Assembly: GCA_048013815.1 (NCBI GenBank)
Contig: CM106586.1
Span: 9,362,001 to 9,426,000 of the forward strand
Source of the DNA: Setoptus koraiensis
Taxonomy: Eukaryota; Animalia; Arthropoda
Direction of reading: 5' to 3'
Length of the DNA stretch: 64,000 nucleotides
The notes below the pieces were generated by a model. That model worked only from the letters and a program-made list of their open reading frames with translations, did not search any database and was not told where the DNA came from. The position numbers were made by a program, and so were the translations under genes. Positions 27,137 through 39,639 of the stretch are shown here, in pieces; positions within the stretch are counted from its first letter, which is position 1; every line of letters begins with the position of its first letter.

Positions 27137-29659
27137 AGTGATCAACTGACAACGAGCGCCTAATGAGGAAGCTGCGAGCACATGAGTGAGCACAGTTAGT
27201 TGGCAGTCACAGCGGATCGCATCACGTAAGCGTTGCGTTACGTAAGCTGCAAACGGATGAGATAAGAGCGAGCAATTTTCGTATGGTCAGCCTCGTATCA
27301 GTGGCTGTATCAGTGGCTGTATCAGTGGCTGTATCAATAATTGTGTGTGTGTGTGTGTGTGTGTGTGCATTTATAAATAGTGTGAGCGCCAGTTTGTGAA
27401 TGAAAATAATCGACTCACCAGCTGATTAATTAGCTCAATTATTCATCGATAATGATTGATGTGAGTAACTTGTTAAACGCCGTTAAACACTTGCACTAAA
27501 TATAGACCGGGCCAGATATTTGCGCCAGATCAGTCAGCGTATCACACGATGTCGTGCTCGACTGCCGGCCACTGGCCACCCAACACTGTCCATAGACTGG
27601 CCACTGGCTCGGCGTGAATGTGAATAGTTTAAAGTATCAACTTGATACCATCAAGTGAATACAAACACACCGGAGATACAGTACACACACACTCTGTCTA
27701 GTGCCACAATGTGTGCAGATAACATCGACAAATCGGATATTCGCCGACCGGATCACGTTGGCCAGCCAACTGAACGGCGGGCCAAACCTGCTCGCCTGGC
27801 TCGCCAGCAGCTCACCGGCTCGCTGGCGCCACCGGCAACCTGTTGTCCGGGGTGTTGTTGCTGTTGCTACTGTTACGCAACGGCGCATAATAGCGACAGT
27901 TGCAGCAACGGCAACAGCAACAGTTTGCCAGCGACACTGATTTGAAAGTAAAATAAACACAACAACCCGCCTAGCCACTGGCTACACCCGCCGACAGGTG
28001 CCTCCGTATTGCGCTGTTGGCCAAAGAAAGTGACCATGCCTCACCTGTCGACGCGTCCCGTGTGTTTGTGTGAGTGGTCAGTTCGACTTGGATCGGGCTC
28101 GCTGCATCAGCGCAGTGCCGACGCGACGGCATGCAAACGACGGTAAGCGAGAGGCAATAAATGTAACGGTAAATCTACATGATGTGCGCAGACGGCAGCG
28201 GCATCCGTGTTGCCGGCGAGCTCGCCGACGTCGGGCCGGCCCGCAACAGCGCCGACATCGGGCAACATTGTTGCCTCTATGGCTCCCATTCGATTGATGA
28301 TGATTTAGCTGGAATTTTTAACGTCGAGCGTTATAAATAACCGCTCAACAGCGTCGATATGCGCGCTGTGTTTGCTTTTTATTGTGCCTATGCAAATTGC
28401 GGCCAGCTCTCTCACAATTGCTCTCACAATGGGCCCGTTGCTCGACTATCGCTGTTAGCGATGCTGCCATTGCTGCATCGGCAAAAGGTTGTTGCAAGCA
28501 GAAACAACAACAACAACACTCTGGCCTGGTGATCGATGCTTGTTAGTGGCCATCACATCACCATCACATCACCATTACATCGCCGGGGCATCGCCATTGC
28601 GTAAGCTCGCTCATCGGGCTGACTGATCTCTTCCTCTATAGATCAGCTGAATTGATTATATCGCTTGATTGGCCGTGTTGTTGCTGCCGCTTGGTCGCTC
28701 GCTCGCCTGGTCAGTCGCTCGCTCGCTTGGTCAGTTGGTCGCTCGCCTGGTCAGTCGCTCGCTCGCTTGGTCAATTGGTCGCTGGCTCGCTCAGAGTGGC
28801 CAAGTTGGCCGGACAGTGAGTGTGGGTGCTGATAAATTGATCGTCGAGAGGCGCACTGTCCAAATGTAAACACACAAACAATGAAAGATAATTGAAAAGG
28901 GGGCCTCAATCAAAATTGTGCCATGTTATTGCAGGCACACGAGCGACTATTGCAAATGACTGGCAGGCCGGCCGGCCCTGTTATTGGCTGCCGTTGGCGC
29001 AGTTAATTAAAGGGCCGTGTTTAATTAACTCCATTCTCGTTTGGCTCAATGGCTTGATTGGATGAAACGCTCGGCCAGTTGTGCGCTGTGCAATATTGTT
29101 AATTATTGTTTGTGCATGCTCTTGGCTCTCAAATTGAGAGTCTCAATAGGAGACTCAAAATTCAAAAACAATCGCCATCCACAATGAGCCTGCTCGCTAT
29201 CGCCATGCACGGTCTATGGACAGTCTATGGATAGGCTTCGGATGGTCGCTTGGCTCGAGCTTGTAATCAATCTTGTGCATGGCCAGTGGTCAGTGTTGTT
29301 TGCTGACCAGGCCAAGCGATAAACGAAATGCAAACGATCAGTGCACATCCCACGCCGCAACATGACACTTGTTGATCTCGCTGTTGCTGTTGATGCATTT
29401 TTGTAGAATTTTCGCCATAGACTCTTGGCAAACTTTTCACAAACTTTTCACAAACTTTCCGCGAGCTTTTCGCAAATTCTTCGCAGATTTTTCACAAATT
29501 CTTGGCAGACTTTTCGCAAACTTCTATTCGTTTCGATTGGTGCAGGCTGCTAAATTAGTCTGCCTTGCGACACTCTGCCGCTCTGTCTGATCAACCGAGT
29601 TATCATTAAACAACCAGACAGAGCGCACGAGTCAACAATGGCACCGTTATTGCACTCAC

Positions 29660-30149
29660 CTGAGGCCGGCAACGAGTCCAATTGGAGGGCTTCGGCTTCG
29701 CTCATAGTTGAACCATTACGTAACAATAACACGACGATAAATAATAACAATGACGAGGAATACATTTTTATCAAGCTCTTGTTGTTGTTGTTGTTGTTGT
29801 TTCTACTGGAACATGCTGAAGTTGCAGCTTCGTGACGAGCTGGCGCCTTGGCGACTTTTCTAGCGCTTCTATCGCTTCTATCGCTTGTAGTGGAAATGTT
29901 GTAGTAATTGTGTTGCTGCTGGCCAATCGTTACATTTTTGGCTGACTTGTTGCTGTTGTTGTTGTTTAATGGTAACTTTGTTGTTCGTTGCAAAACAGTT
30001 GCGGTATCAGTAGTGCATGGCGACGACATTGAATGATATCGGCAACGACGGTCATTATTGTGACACCAATCGTTGTTGCTGTCTTGATAATGGTGCCCGC
30101 GATGAAAATACGGATGATATTTTTTCTTCTTCTGATCTATGTAAGCCAT
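29660..30149 (-). CDS. Probable first coding exon of an unidentified secreted or membrane protein gene
   Basis: GCAGCCATGG start context with an in-frame stop just upstream. Low-complexity N-terminus, then MYSSSLLLFIVVLLLRNGSTMSEAEA (signal-like), ending at a consensus donor TCAG|GTGAGT. No downstream exon found. Confidence 0.4.
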
Positions 30150-31502
30150 GGCTGCTCCCGATCAGAGTGTCCGACGCTAGTCAGTTAGGTTGCTATTCTT
30201 CTTCTTCTTCTTCTTCTTGTCAGCTTCTTCTTTTGCTTCTTATTTGAAAACTTTAAACTAGCTTCTCTTGGAACATTTCTTCAACGGCCACTTTTCTTCG
30301 ATGCTGCTGTTGCTGCTGCGTGTGGCGGTGTTGTCACTAATTATGATGCAAACTGTTGGCGACACATACACACATTGTTAATTAATTTAATAGTTCATTA
30401 ACAATTGTTTGGAATGTTGATTGGCGATGTTGTGTGCGTGTGTGTGTATGACATCATCCGGCGACGATGCTCTCTCTTCTTGCAACCAACTCAAACTGTC
30501 CTGTCGTCTCAAACTAACTTGTCTCGGCGCGTCGCCAGCGCACGGTCTAACCAGAGCAGTTTCCTTTTTGCCCAATTGAGCATGCGCAACATCGCAACTA
30601 CAACAACAGCAACAACAACGACAGGTACATAACGGCATTCGGGGGGAAAAGAACGAACAACAGCACAAGCTAACCACTGGCAACCGTTACAATTGACTGC
30701 CCCCGTTGCTTGCTCTCACCTGTGCGAATGATGCGCGAATCGAGGCGCCACCTGTGGGCTTGCCAAGACAGCCAAGCGATAATACGGCCAGTGATGATGA
30801 AGGCGTCAACTCATTTGCAGCGGCCATTTGCATTATGCCGACAACACATCACAATCACTGTATCAGCAACAACAACAACAACAACAACCTGTTGCTGGCC
30901 AGCGAGGAGGAGAAAAAACAAAAAGAGACAAGAAAGAAAGAAGAACAAGAATTATTGCCATTATTGGACAGTGTGCAAGATGATTTGGTGTGTCTGGCGA
31001 CACCCATACTGACATCGATGTCACCGATGTCATTAGTTTCGTGTTTATAATGTTTGTCTTGTTGTTACAACACAAACATTTTTTACTCTCTTGGCCAGCC
31101 TATTTCAAATAGGCTATTTGTGTGTGAGTGTGATGAAACTCCCAAAGTCCACTAATACTAAACACTTATTACACTACTTTGTTTGTTGTCCAGCCAATAC
31201 AACTGACTGGCCAGCACAACAAACAAAAGATACGCTGCCACTGAGACGAACAACAGTTGCATCATTAGCCTAATGATATGTGCAATATTGCTGTTTATCT
31301 ATCATCAATATAGCTAGGCGTTTGAATTTGAATATTTGGCAACTTCAGTTAGGCCGTGGGGAAAGGGCGAGAAGAATACAGACAGTAAAGGTGGTGTTTG
31401 CCATTGCAATTAGGCTGCTGTCAGGGAGCGCGAGCGTTTTCCCTACTGCTCAGGTGCAAAATCGTCAATTTGTCTATAAAGCAGCAGCGGCAGCAAAGCT
31501 TC

Positions 31503-31783
31503 AAAAGCGTTCTCAGGCCCTCACTCTGTGACGTGAGGGAAGCGTCGAAAAGAAAACATCTAGACCGTATCTAATTGGATGGGATGGACTAGATAACCCG
31601 CTCAAGCAAATCGCGTAAGGTCAGACGACCGAAAGCCACACCGAATGCCTTGGAAAGTTGTCGTCAGCCCGACATCAGTGTGCCCTTGAAACTGTCCTCA
31701 CCGACCAATACTTGTCGATACTTGTAATCGTTACACATAAGCATAATTGTAAATATTTGTAACAGGTAACAGCGATATATTTT
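31503..31783 (+). ncRNA. Candidate structured non-coding RNA (Pol III type-3-like layout), identity unknown
   Basis: PSE-like TTTTCCCTACTGCTCAGG (about 31437), TATAAA at 31475-31480, three predicted stems, and no T4 run until about 31780. Not matched to a known family. Confidence 0.3.
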
Positions 31784-31860
31784 GTTGCGACTCAGGTGAA
31801 GCTGTTACCTGTCTGCATGTGTTATTGAGAATAGTCAGGTTTGTATTCTCTGGCAATAGT

Positions 31861-31862
<2 letters not shown>

Positions 31863-31891
<29 letters not shown>
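31863..31891. repeat. (GT)n microsatellite; similar tracts at about 6352, 16284, 27342 and 42197
   Basis: Direct inspection. Confidence 0.95.
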
Positions 31892-31895
<4 letters not shown>

Positions 31896-31983
31896 TTTAT
31901 TTATTTGTAGACACGGCGGGCTTACAAGCGCGCCCCCATCAGCATTTTGTAGGATGGAAATTCCTCGTTTGACAACCAATTCA

Positions 31984-33876
<1,893 letters not shown>

Positions 33877-34527
33877 TTACGTGCAGTGTTGCAGTGATAA
33901 TCAATAGCAGTGTTGTTATTATGATAGCAGTAGTAATATAACTATTCAAGAGTATTCTAGTGATTGCTAATTAGCAATGATGATAAATGTGTACTAATAA
34001 TAATAATAAATATCAGCTCAGGTAGTAATAGGTAACAATGAGGCATAGTTGTGCATTATACATGTAATAACAATTATACGATGCTGGCAATCATCTGATA
34101 CAATAATAACGGTAACTTGATTTACCTATTCAAACGTGCTAGACCTAGCCAATGTATACAACATTTTTAATGGGTAAATCTGTCGTTATCTCTCCCATTC
34201 GCTATTCCATACAACTGTGCACGCTTCTCTTGAGAATCACAACTAGAGCCTCGCCGATAGACGGCGCTCGTGGTACTTTTTTTATTTCACATATCACTGC
34301 CTCGGTTAGCAATTTTCCAAATGGATCATTCATCAGCTCCATGCACAATATCAGTACGTCTAATAAAGAAAAAACTCTTTTTACAGTACGCTATTAATTA
34401 CAATTCGACGGAAACAATTTAACAGTCGTGACAACTTTTTTAAGTTAGCCAAATGAACATTTAATTACAAAATACTCTACGTCATATTGTCGCATCTTTT
34501 CTTTTCGACAACAAAAGGCAAAAAGTA

Positions 34528-34599
34528 AGGACCAAGGCGGGTTTGAACCACCGACCTCTCGATCTGCAGTCGAATGCTCTACCACTGAGCTATTGGTCC
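34528..34599 (-). tRNA. tRNA-Cys (anticodon GCA)
   Basis: Minus strand GGACCAA TAGCTCAGTGGTAGAGC A TTCGA CTGCAGA TCGAG AGGTC GGTGG TTCAAAC CCGCC TTGGTCC T folds into a complete cloverleaf with A and B boxes and U73. A TTTTT Pol III terminator follows (plus-strand AAAAA 34520-34524). Confidence 0.96.
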
Positions 34600-34803
34600 G
34601 CTTCATGGAGGCATAAGAGACATAAATTGCTTTGTTCTTCATGCAACTACAACACGTTCTCAGCCGAAGCCAGTTATCAAGACTTGATCAAACTGTACAT
34701 CGTGCAGACCACATTCGAATACAACGGATATCTGTTTATTATTGTTTCCTCACAAATAAATCAAATGTAATTTTTATAATTGTTTCAGTAGCAGTGGTGG
34801 TAG

Positions 34804-37800
34804 TTAAGGCGATGCCTGAAACCTCCTTCTTCTAGGATGTGGGTAGGGGGGCTGTTGGTGATATTGGTTCTGCTGAGACTGGTGATGGTACAAATGTTGT
34901 TGCTGTTGTTGTTGCTGTGGCGTCTGGTGCTGAGACAAATGCGGATTGTGGTGGGGGTGCTGCAAATGAGGGTGCATGTGGGACGGACCGTGCGGATGCT
35001 GGTGCATCACATTATGCCCTTGTAAATGTGGAGTTTGATTTGGACCTAAATGTATAGAGGACGCGTGAGGATGTAAGTTGTTACCATTGGAAGCACTACC
35101 ACCACCACCTATTCCCATAGAGGGATGATGATATAAAGGTTGTGCATTAGATGCATGTGAGCGAGCGGACGATGAGATATGGTGATGATGGGGATGTTGT
35201 TGCATCTGCTGATGATGGTGCGGTTGTTGCTGGTGCATCATTGGCTGATGATTCATATAGATGTGAGAAGAGTTATGGTGTTGAAGGGGCCCATAATGAC
35301 TACTCGGGTGCTGTTGAGGTTGCTGCATTTGAGGTTGCGGCATTTGAGATTGTTGCTGATGCTGTTGAGCTGCTATTTGTTGTTGTTGCGGTTGATGGTT
35401 TAAGGATGATGAGGACGGCTGATGAGAAACGTCTCGATGTTGCTGCTGACTACCATCGGTTGGATTTGTTTTTCTGGATGATCTCCTCAATTCTTTCTTG
35501 TAGAACCTGTATAGTTTCTTTGGTTCATATTCAGTGAATTTAGCAACAAATGTCCATAGATAGTTACGCCATTCTTTCATCATTCTTTCGTCATTATGAT
35601 AATCCTGTAAACATTCGCCTATCCTTGCGCCAATCCTGGTCAAACAGCTACGAAATTCGCTTGATCTGTTGTCTATGCCTCTTGGTAAGTCACTAAGCTG
35701 GCCGATAATCTTCTTAGTGGGGCGCATCTTTTCTTTGCATTGTAGAAATATATCATCGCTCAGCTCACCTTGTATCACAGTTTTACTTGAACCACTTCTT
35801 CTATCACCATGTAATCTCTTTCTATCTGAAAGAGATAACTTGTTTTTATTTTCAAGTGACTTCTTAGTTTTATCTCGCCTATTCTCACTGATGAGAATGT
35901 CATTGGTTTTCTTATTTCGCCTTTTAGGCTCCTTTGTTGGATCTCTCGGCTTTCTAGGCTTTCTAACTCTAGAAGAATCTGATATGAGCTTCCCGTCTGG
36001 GCCAACTGTATTATTTTTGAGTATTCGAGCACCGGATTTCCTACGCTTTCTTACACCGGTATTCTCGTCATTAAGATCATCATCCATATCGCCGAGTTCG
36101 CCATCCGCAAATTTCCTTTTACGTCTCTTAAGTTGTTGTTGTGACTTTTTGGCTGCTTTCATAGCCAAGTATTCATTGATCGCTTGAGATTCATTCATGT
36201 TAAGAGGGCTAGAGAAACGTTTATTATTTCGTATGAGACGTCGAATCTCAGTCTCGGTATAACCTTGGATCAATTCTTTGACGACAGACTTGCTACCGGG
36301 AGGGCGACCTCTTCTCTTGGGCTTTCCATCATTCCCACCATCTGAATCATCACTGTGACCATCACCTTTGATCTTATTTGGATCGAATTCTTCGCCACTA
36401 TCTGAATTAGCACCGGATTGTTTTGCCGATCTCCTACTTCTAGGAGGAAGGTACATCTCCATTTGGGCTTGAATTTTTTCTTCTTCTTCGATTTTAGCTC
36501 TTATAGCATCTGGTATAATTGCATCCCAATCTTTTTCTATATTGTTACTGATGCCATTGTCTGTATTTCTCGGCAATAGAGTGCCATCAGCGGCAAATTT
36601 CGGTACAGAACTTTTAGTTGTAGGAGCTATGGTCGCAACTTCCTCCTCGTTGAAATTGAAACTAGCAATCTTGAAGGCAGATAGAAGCTCATTACCTACA
36701 GAAGGGGGACCCTCTTCCCGAGTTTCCGCTCTATTCAAAACTTCATCAATATCTAGATGAGGTTCTTCATCACCATCTTTGTCGCCCTCTTTGAATAATT
36801 CTTCTGCACCAAACTTCAATATTGCAGCTAGTTCCTCTTTACTTGATGGAGCGGATGCACCATTCCCAGAGCTGCTTCCTTTAGAAAGGACCGTTCTACC
36901 CGTAGTGTCCATTCTTTGGATCACAAGATGATCTAAGACCATTTTGCGTTTGGCCCTTTCAATAATATCCTCCTCAACACTTCCTTTTGTAACTAACCTG
37001 TAGATATTAACACGATTTTTTTGACCTATCCTATGGGCTCTAGCTTGCGCTTGCAAATCATTTTGTGGATTCCAATCAGAGTCAAATATAACTACAGTAT
37101 CGGCAGTTGCAAGATTAATACCTAATCCACCTGCTCTGGTTGAAAGAAGGAAACAGAAATCAGGAGAATCGCGGGCATTAAAATGATCCAACGCTTGACG
37201 TCTAATTTCACCGCGTAGGGATCCATCTAACCTTTGGAATGGAAATCTTCTGTAAGTCAAATAGTCGCTTAGAATATCCAGCATGCGTACCATCTGTGAA
37301 AAAATCAGTACACGATGTCCGGTTTCTTTTAGGCGGCATAGTAACTTATCTAATAATAATAATTTACCACTACCTCTGACGAGCCTCGGCAAAGGATCTA
37401 AATGGTTCAATTCATCTGTAGGCCTTATTAGTGAAGCGTGGTTGCAACATTTTTTAAGTTCCATCATAATGTTGACAAAACCAGACAAACTTCCTTTGAG
37501 ACCCTTAGACAAAGCCTTGTAATTCTTTGTCAGAATCCATTTGTAGTACTGTTTTTGCAAAGAGGTCATTTCAACTCTTAATAGCTGTTCTGTTTTAGAG
37601 GGTAGAGATTTTTCGACATCTTTCTTAACTCGGCGTAGTAGATAAGGCTCCAATTGTTTGTGAAGTTTTGAGTAACCTTTGTCCGCGGCATCGCGATGTT
37701 CATACTCAAAGTCATCCCAGGCTGGAAAATCTTGGGGCATGATAAAATGTAAAAGCGCCCATAATTCACGTAGAGAATTCTGCAATGGTGTTCCTGTAAC

Positions 37801-39639
37801 CAGTACGCGATGATTAGTATTAAAATCTATGAGAGATCTATATAATGATGAATCATCATTTTTGAGTCGATGAGCTTCATCGACTCCTAGGACAGCCCAA
37901 TTGATTGCCCCGAGCAAACTTTTATCTTTGAGTAATATTTCATATGTAGTTATCAGGACATTGAATTTGAGTCTTCTATTAGGATGGCACCACTCGTATG
38001 CTCTTATCATGCTGCGGGATGTAACATCGCCAAGATAAACTACAACATTCATCTCTGGTGACCAGTTATCAAACTCGCGTTGCCATGAATTCAAGGTTGA
38101 CAGAGGTACGACTAGAAGGAATGGACCGTGAAGATTGTGTTCGTTGAAAAGATAGGACAAGAATCCAATAGTTTGTATTGTCTTTCCTAAGCCCATCTCA
38201 TCAGCTAATATTACAGAGTTGTGTTTAGACCATGAGTGTGCTAGCCAGTTGAGACCATCCAGTTGATAATCACGTAATTCGAGATGAGGGCGCTGTTCCT
38301 GGTCCGGTTCGTCTTTATTGTGATCTTTCTCTTGATTCTTATCTGTTTGATTATCCAAATCTACATTACTTATATTTCCTAAATAGTGTGGCTGTTCTTT
38401 GAGGGCTACAAATTTTGGTCTATTACGCAAGACCTTACACATCTTACTGGGTATACAATGCGACTTCAGTCTTGTATAATACTCCTCTATTTTTTTCGGG
38501 AATTTCCTAACGATGATAGATCCATCTTCCCAGGTACATTCACTGTATGGTAGGCCTTGCCATTTGCAAAGATATTCAGTTTCATCCGCTGGTTGTTTTT
38601 TGGCATCGCTCGAGGATGATTCGCTTGAGGTGCCTGGCTTGTTAACTTCTTTGATTTTATTGTGTGATATGATTCGTTCGACGTCCATATGTTGCTGACG
38701 CAATTCTTCAGCCATTTCTTCTTGGCAATCATAGTATTCTATATCTTCTGGCGAGGCAGATTTTCGCCATTGTTTAAGCTCTTCGTCCCGTTTCCAGTAA
38801 GCCTCTATTTTTTTGATACTTTTTATATTGATGTTAGCCAGTGTTTTTTCACTTTCCCACGAATTGTGCAAATGTGACCAGCCCTTCCATTTGACGAAGA
38901 ATTGTATTTCCTTTTCTTCTGGTGGTAGCGAGGCCAGATCAGTTGGATTTGGGTCGCCATCAACTTCAACATTATAAGAAGCTGTTGCCGGACCAGTGGC
39001 TCCTATTTTGCCTAATCTATGTGTAAATATTTTTTCTACCGTTTTAACATCAGCTGGATCTTCTGTGTCGCCTGTAATATTGTCGGCTTGATTGGTTGAA
39101 TCCTCATATTCTAGTATATCATCACTATCTGTGTGATCCGAGTGTTCCTTATAGCTGACAATTTTTTTTGCCTGACGGCGCGATTTTGATCTATCACTTT
39201 GGTTTGATTTAGTTGAATTATTGTTGGCATTAGTAGTTGTTTGTTTACTCCTAGTATTTGTGACTCTTGTCCGACCCTTTCTCCTATTCCTTCTCTGACT
39301 ATTGTTCTTCTGTCTGCCCGGCAACGACGATGAACCATCTGAACCATAGTCATCATCACTCGAGGCTGAAACAGCTGATGTTGGATCATCATAACTATCA
39401 CCAGAATCATGATCTTGATCTTCTTCACTTTCAGTGCTTGATTCATCGGCGGTAGTTCTATCGTCGTCATAACTATCACCGGAATCTTCTTGGTCATCAT
39501 CATGATCATCTTCATCATCTTCGTCGGCATCATCATCGTCGTCTTCATCTTCAGTATCATCGTCATCTTCAGTATCATCATCATCATCTTCAGTATCATC
39601 ATAGCCTAAACGTCCCACGTCGACGCGTCTTGTAGCCAT
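34804..39639 (-). CDS. CHD1: Chromodomain-helicase-DNA-binding protein 1 (CHD1), 1611 aa, single exon
   Basis: Two chromodomains (FFVKWKGWSHLHNSWE; YLCKWQGLPYSECTWE), SNF2 ATPase motifs (ILADEMGLGKT, LGVDEAHRLKN, TGTPLQN), helicase C-lobe (LLSTRAGGLGINLATADTVVIFDSDWNPQNDLQAQARAHRIGQ) and C-terminal CHCT/DUF4208-like helix bundle (FLQCKEKMRP...WRNYLWTFVAKFT). Confidence 0.97.
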   Translation of the reverse strand: MATRRVDVGRLGYDDTEDDDDDTEDDDDTEDEDDDDDADEDDEDDHDDDQEDSGDSYDDDRTTADESSTESEEDQDHDSGDSYDDPTSAVSASSDDDYGSDGSSSLPGRQKNNSQRRNRRKGRTRVTNTRSKQTTTNANNNSTKSNQSDRSKSRRQAKKIVSYKEHSDHTDSDDILEYEDSTNQADNITGDTEDPADVKTVEKIFTHRLGKIGATGPATASYNVEVDGDPNPTDLASLPPEEKEIQFFVKWKGWSHLHNSWESEKTLANINIKSIKKIEAYWKRDEELKQWRKSASPEDIEYYDCQEEMAEELRQQHMDVERIISHNKIKEVNKPGTSSESSSSDAKKQPADETEYLCKWQGLPYSECTWEDGSIIVRKFPKKIEEYYTRLKSHCIPSKMCKVLRNRPKFVALKEQPHYLGNISNVDLDNQTDKNQEKDHNKDEPDQEQRPHLELRDYQLDGLNWLAHSWSKHNSVILADEMGLGKTIQTIGFLSYLFNEHNLHGPFLLVVPLSTLNSWQREFDNWSPEMNVVVYLGDVTSRSMIRAYEWCHPNRRLKFNVLITTYEILLKDKSLLGAINWAVLGVDEAHRLKNDDSSLYRSLIDFNTNHRVLVTGTPLQNSLRELWALLHFIMPQDFPAWDDFEYEHRDAADKGYSKLHKQLEPYLLRRVKKDVEKSLPSKTEQLLRVEMTSLQKQYYKWILTKNYKALSKGLKGSLSGFVNIMMELKKCCNHASLIRPTDELNHLDPLPRLVRGSGKLLLLDKLLCRLKETGHRVLIFSQMVRMLDILSDYLTYRRFPFQRLDGSLRGEIRRQALDHFNARDSPDFCFLLSTRAGGLGINLATADTVVIFDSDWNPQNDLQAQARAHRIGQKNRVNIYRLVTKGSVEEDIIERAKRKMVLDHLVIQRMDTTGRTVLSKGSSSGNGASAPSSKEELAAILKFGAEELFKEGDKDGDEEPHLDIDEVLNRAETREEGPPSVGNELLSAFKIASFNFNEEEVATIAPTTKSSVPKFAADGTLLPRNTDNGISNNIEKDWDAIIPDAIRAKIEEEEKIQAQMEMYLPPRSRRSAKQSGANSDSGEEFDPNKIKGDGHSDDSDGGNDGKPKRRGRPPGSKSVVKELIQGYTETEIRRLIRNNKRFSSPLNMNESQAINEYLAMKAAKKSQQQLKRRKRKFADGELGDMDDDLNDENTGVRKRRKSGARILKNNTVGPDGKLISDSSRVRKPRKPRDPTKEPKRRNKKTNDILISENRRDKTKKSLENKNKLSLSDRKRLHGDRRSGSSKTVIQGELSDDIFLQCKEKMRPTKKIIGQLSDLPRGIDNRSSEFRSCLTRIGARIGECLQDYHNDERMMKEWRNYLWTFVAKFTEYEPKKLYRFYKKELRRSSRKTNPTDGSQQQHRDVSHQPSSSSLNHQPQQQQIAAQQHQQQSQMPQPQMQQPQQHPSSHYGPLQHHNSSHIYMNHQPMMHQQQPHHHQQMQQHPHHHHISSSARSHASNAQPLYHHPSMGIGGGGSASNGNNLHPHASSIHLGPNQTPHLQGHNVMHQHPHGPSHMHPHLQHPHHNPHLSQHQTPQQQQQQQHLYHHQSQQNQYHQQPPYPHPRRRRFQASP

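Noticed and set aside
84-29600. Hundreds of 60-260 aa ORFs in the ORF track, including 3010-3786, 20742-21377 and 24911-25843
   Set aside because: They are translations of microsatellites and short tandem repeats in GC-rich DNA, open in several overlapping frames on both strands, often with non-ATG starts and no recognisable domain.
29648-29670. TATTGCACTC match to the miR-92 family 5' end. Similar partial matches: AAATATCAGCT to miR-283 at about 34008 and TGACTAGA to miR-279 at about 49919
   Set aside because: No complementary arm at pre-miRNA distance, and the 3' halves do not match.
30706-31050. Plus-strand 114-aa ORF with an EEEKKQKETRKKEEQE segment
   Set aside because: Non-ATG start, low complexity and no homology recognised; more likely UTR or promoter of the minus-strand gene.
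31500-31720. Resemblance of the minus strand to U3 snoRNA (GAGTGAG...GAGAACGC..TTGA, TGAGCG), to 7SK, or to a hammerhead (CTGACGA)
   Set aside because: No box C TGATGA for U3, no GATC motifs for 7SK, and no GAAA partner on the same strand for a hammerhead. Kept only as an unassigned candidate.
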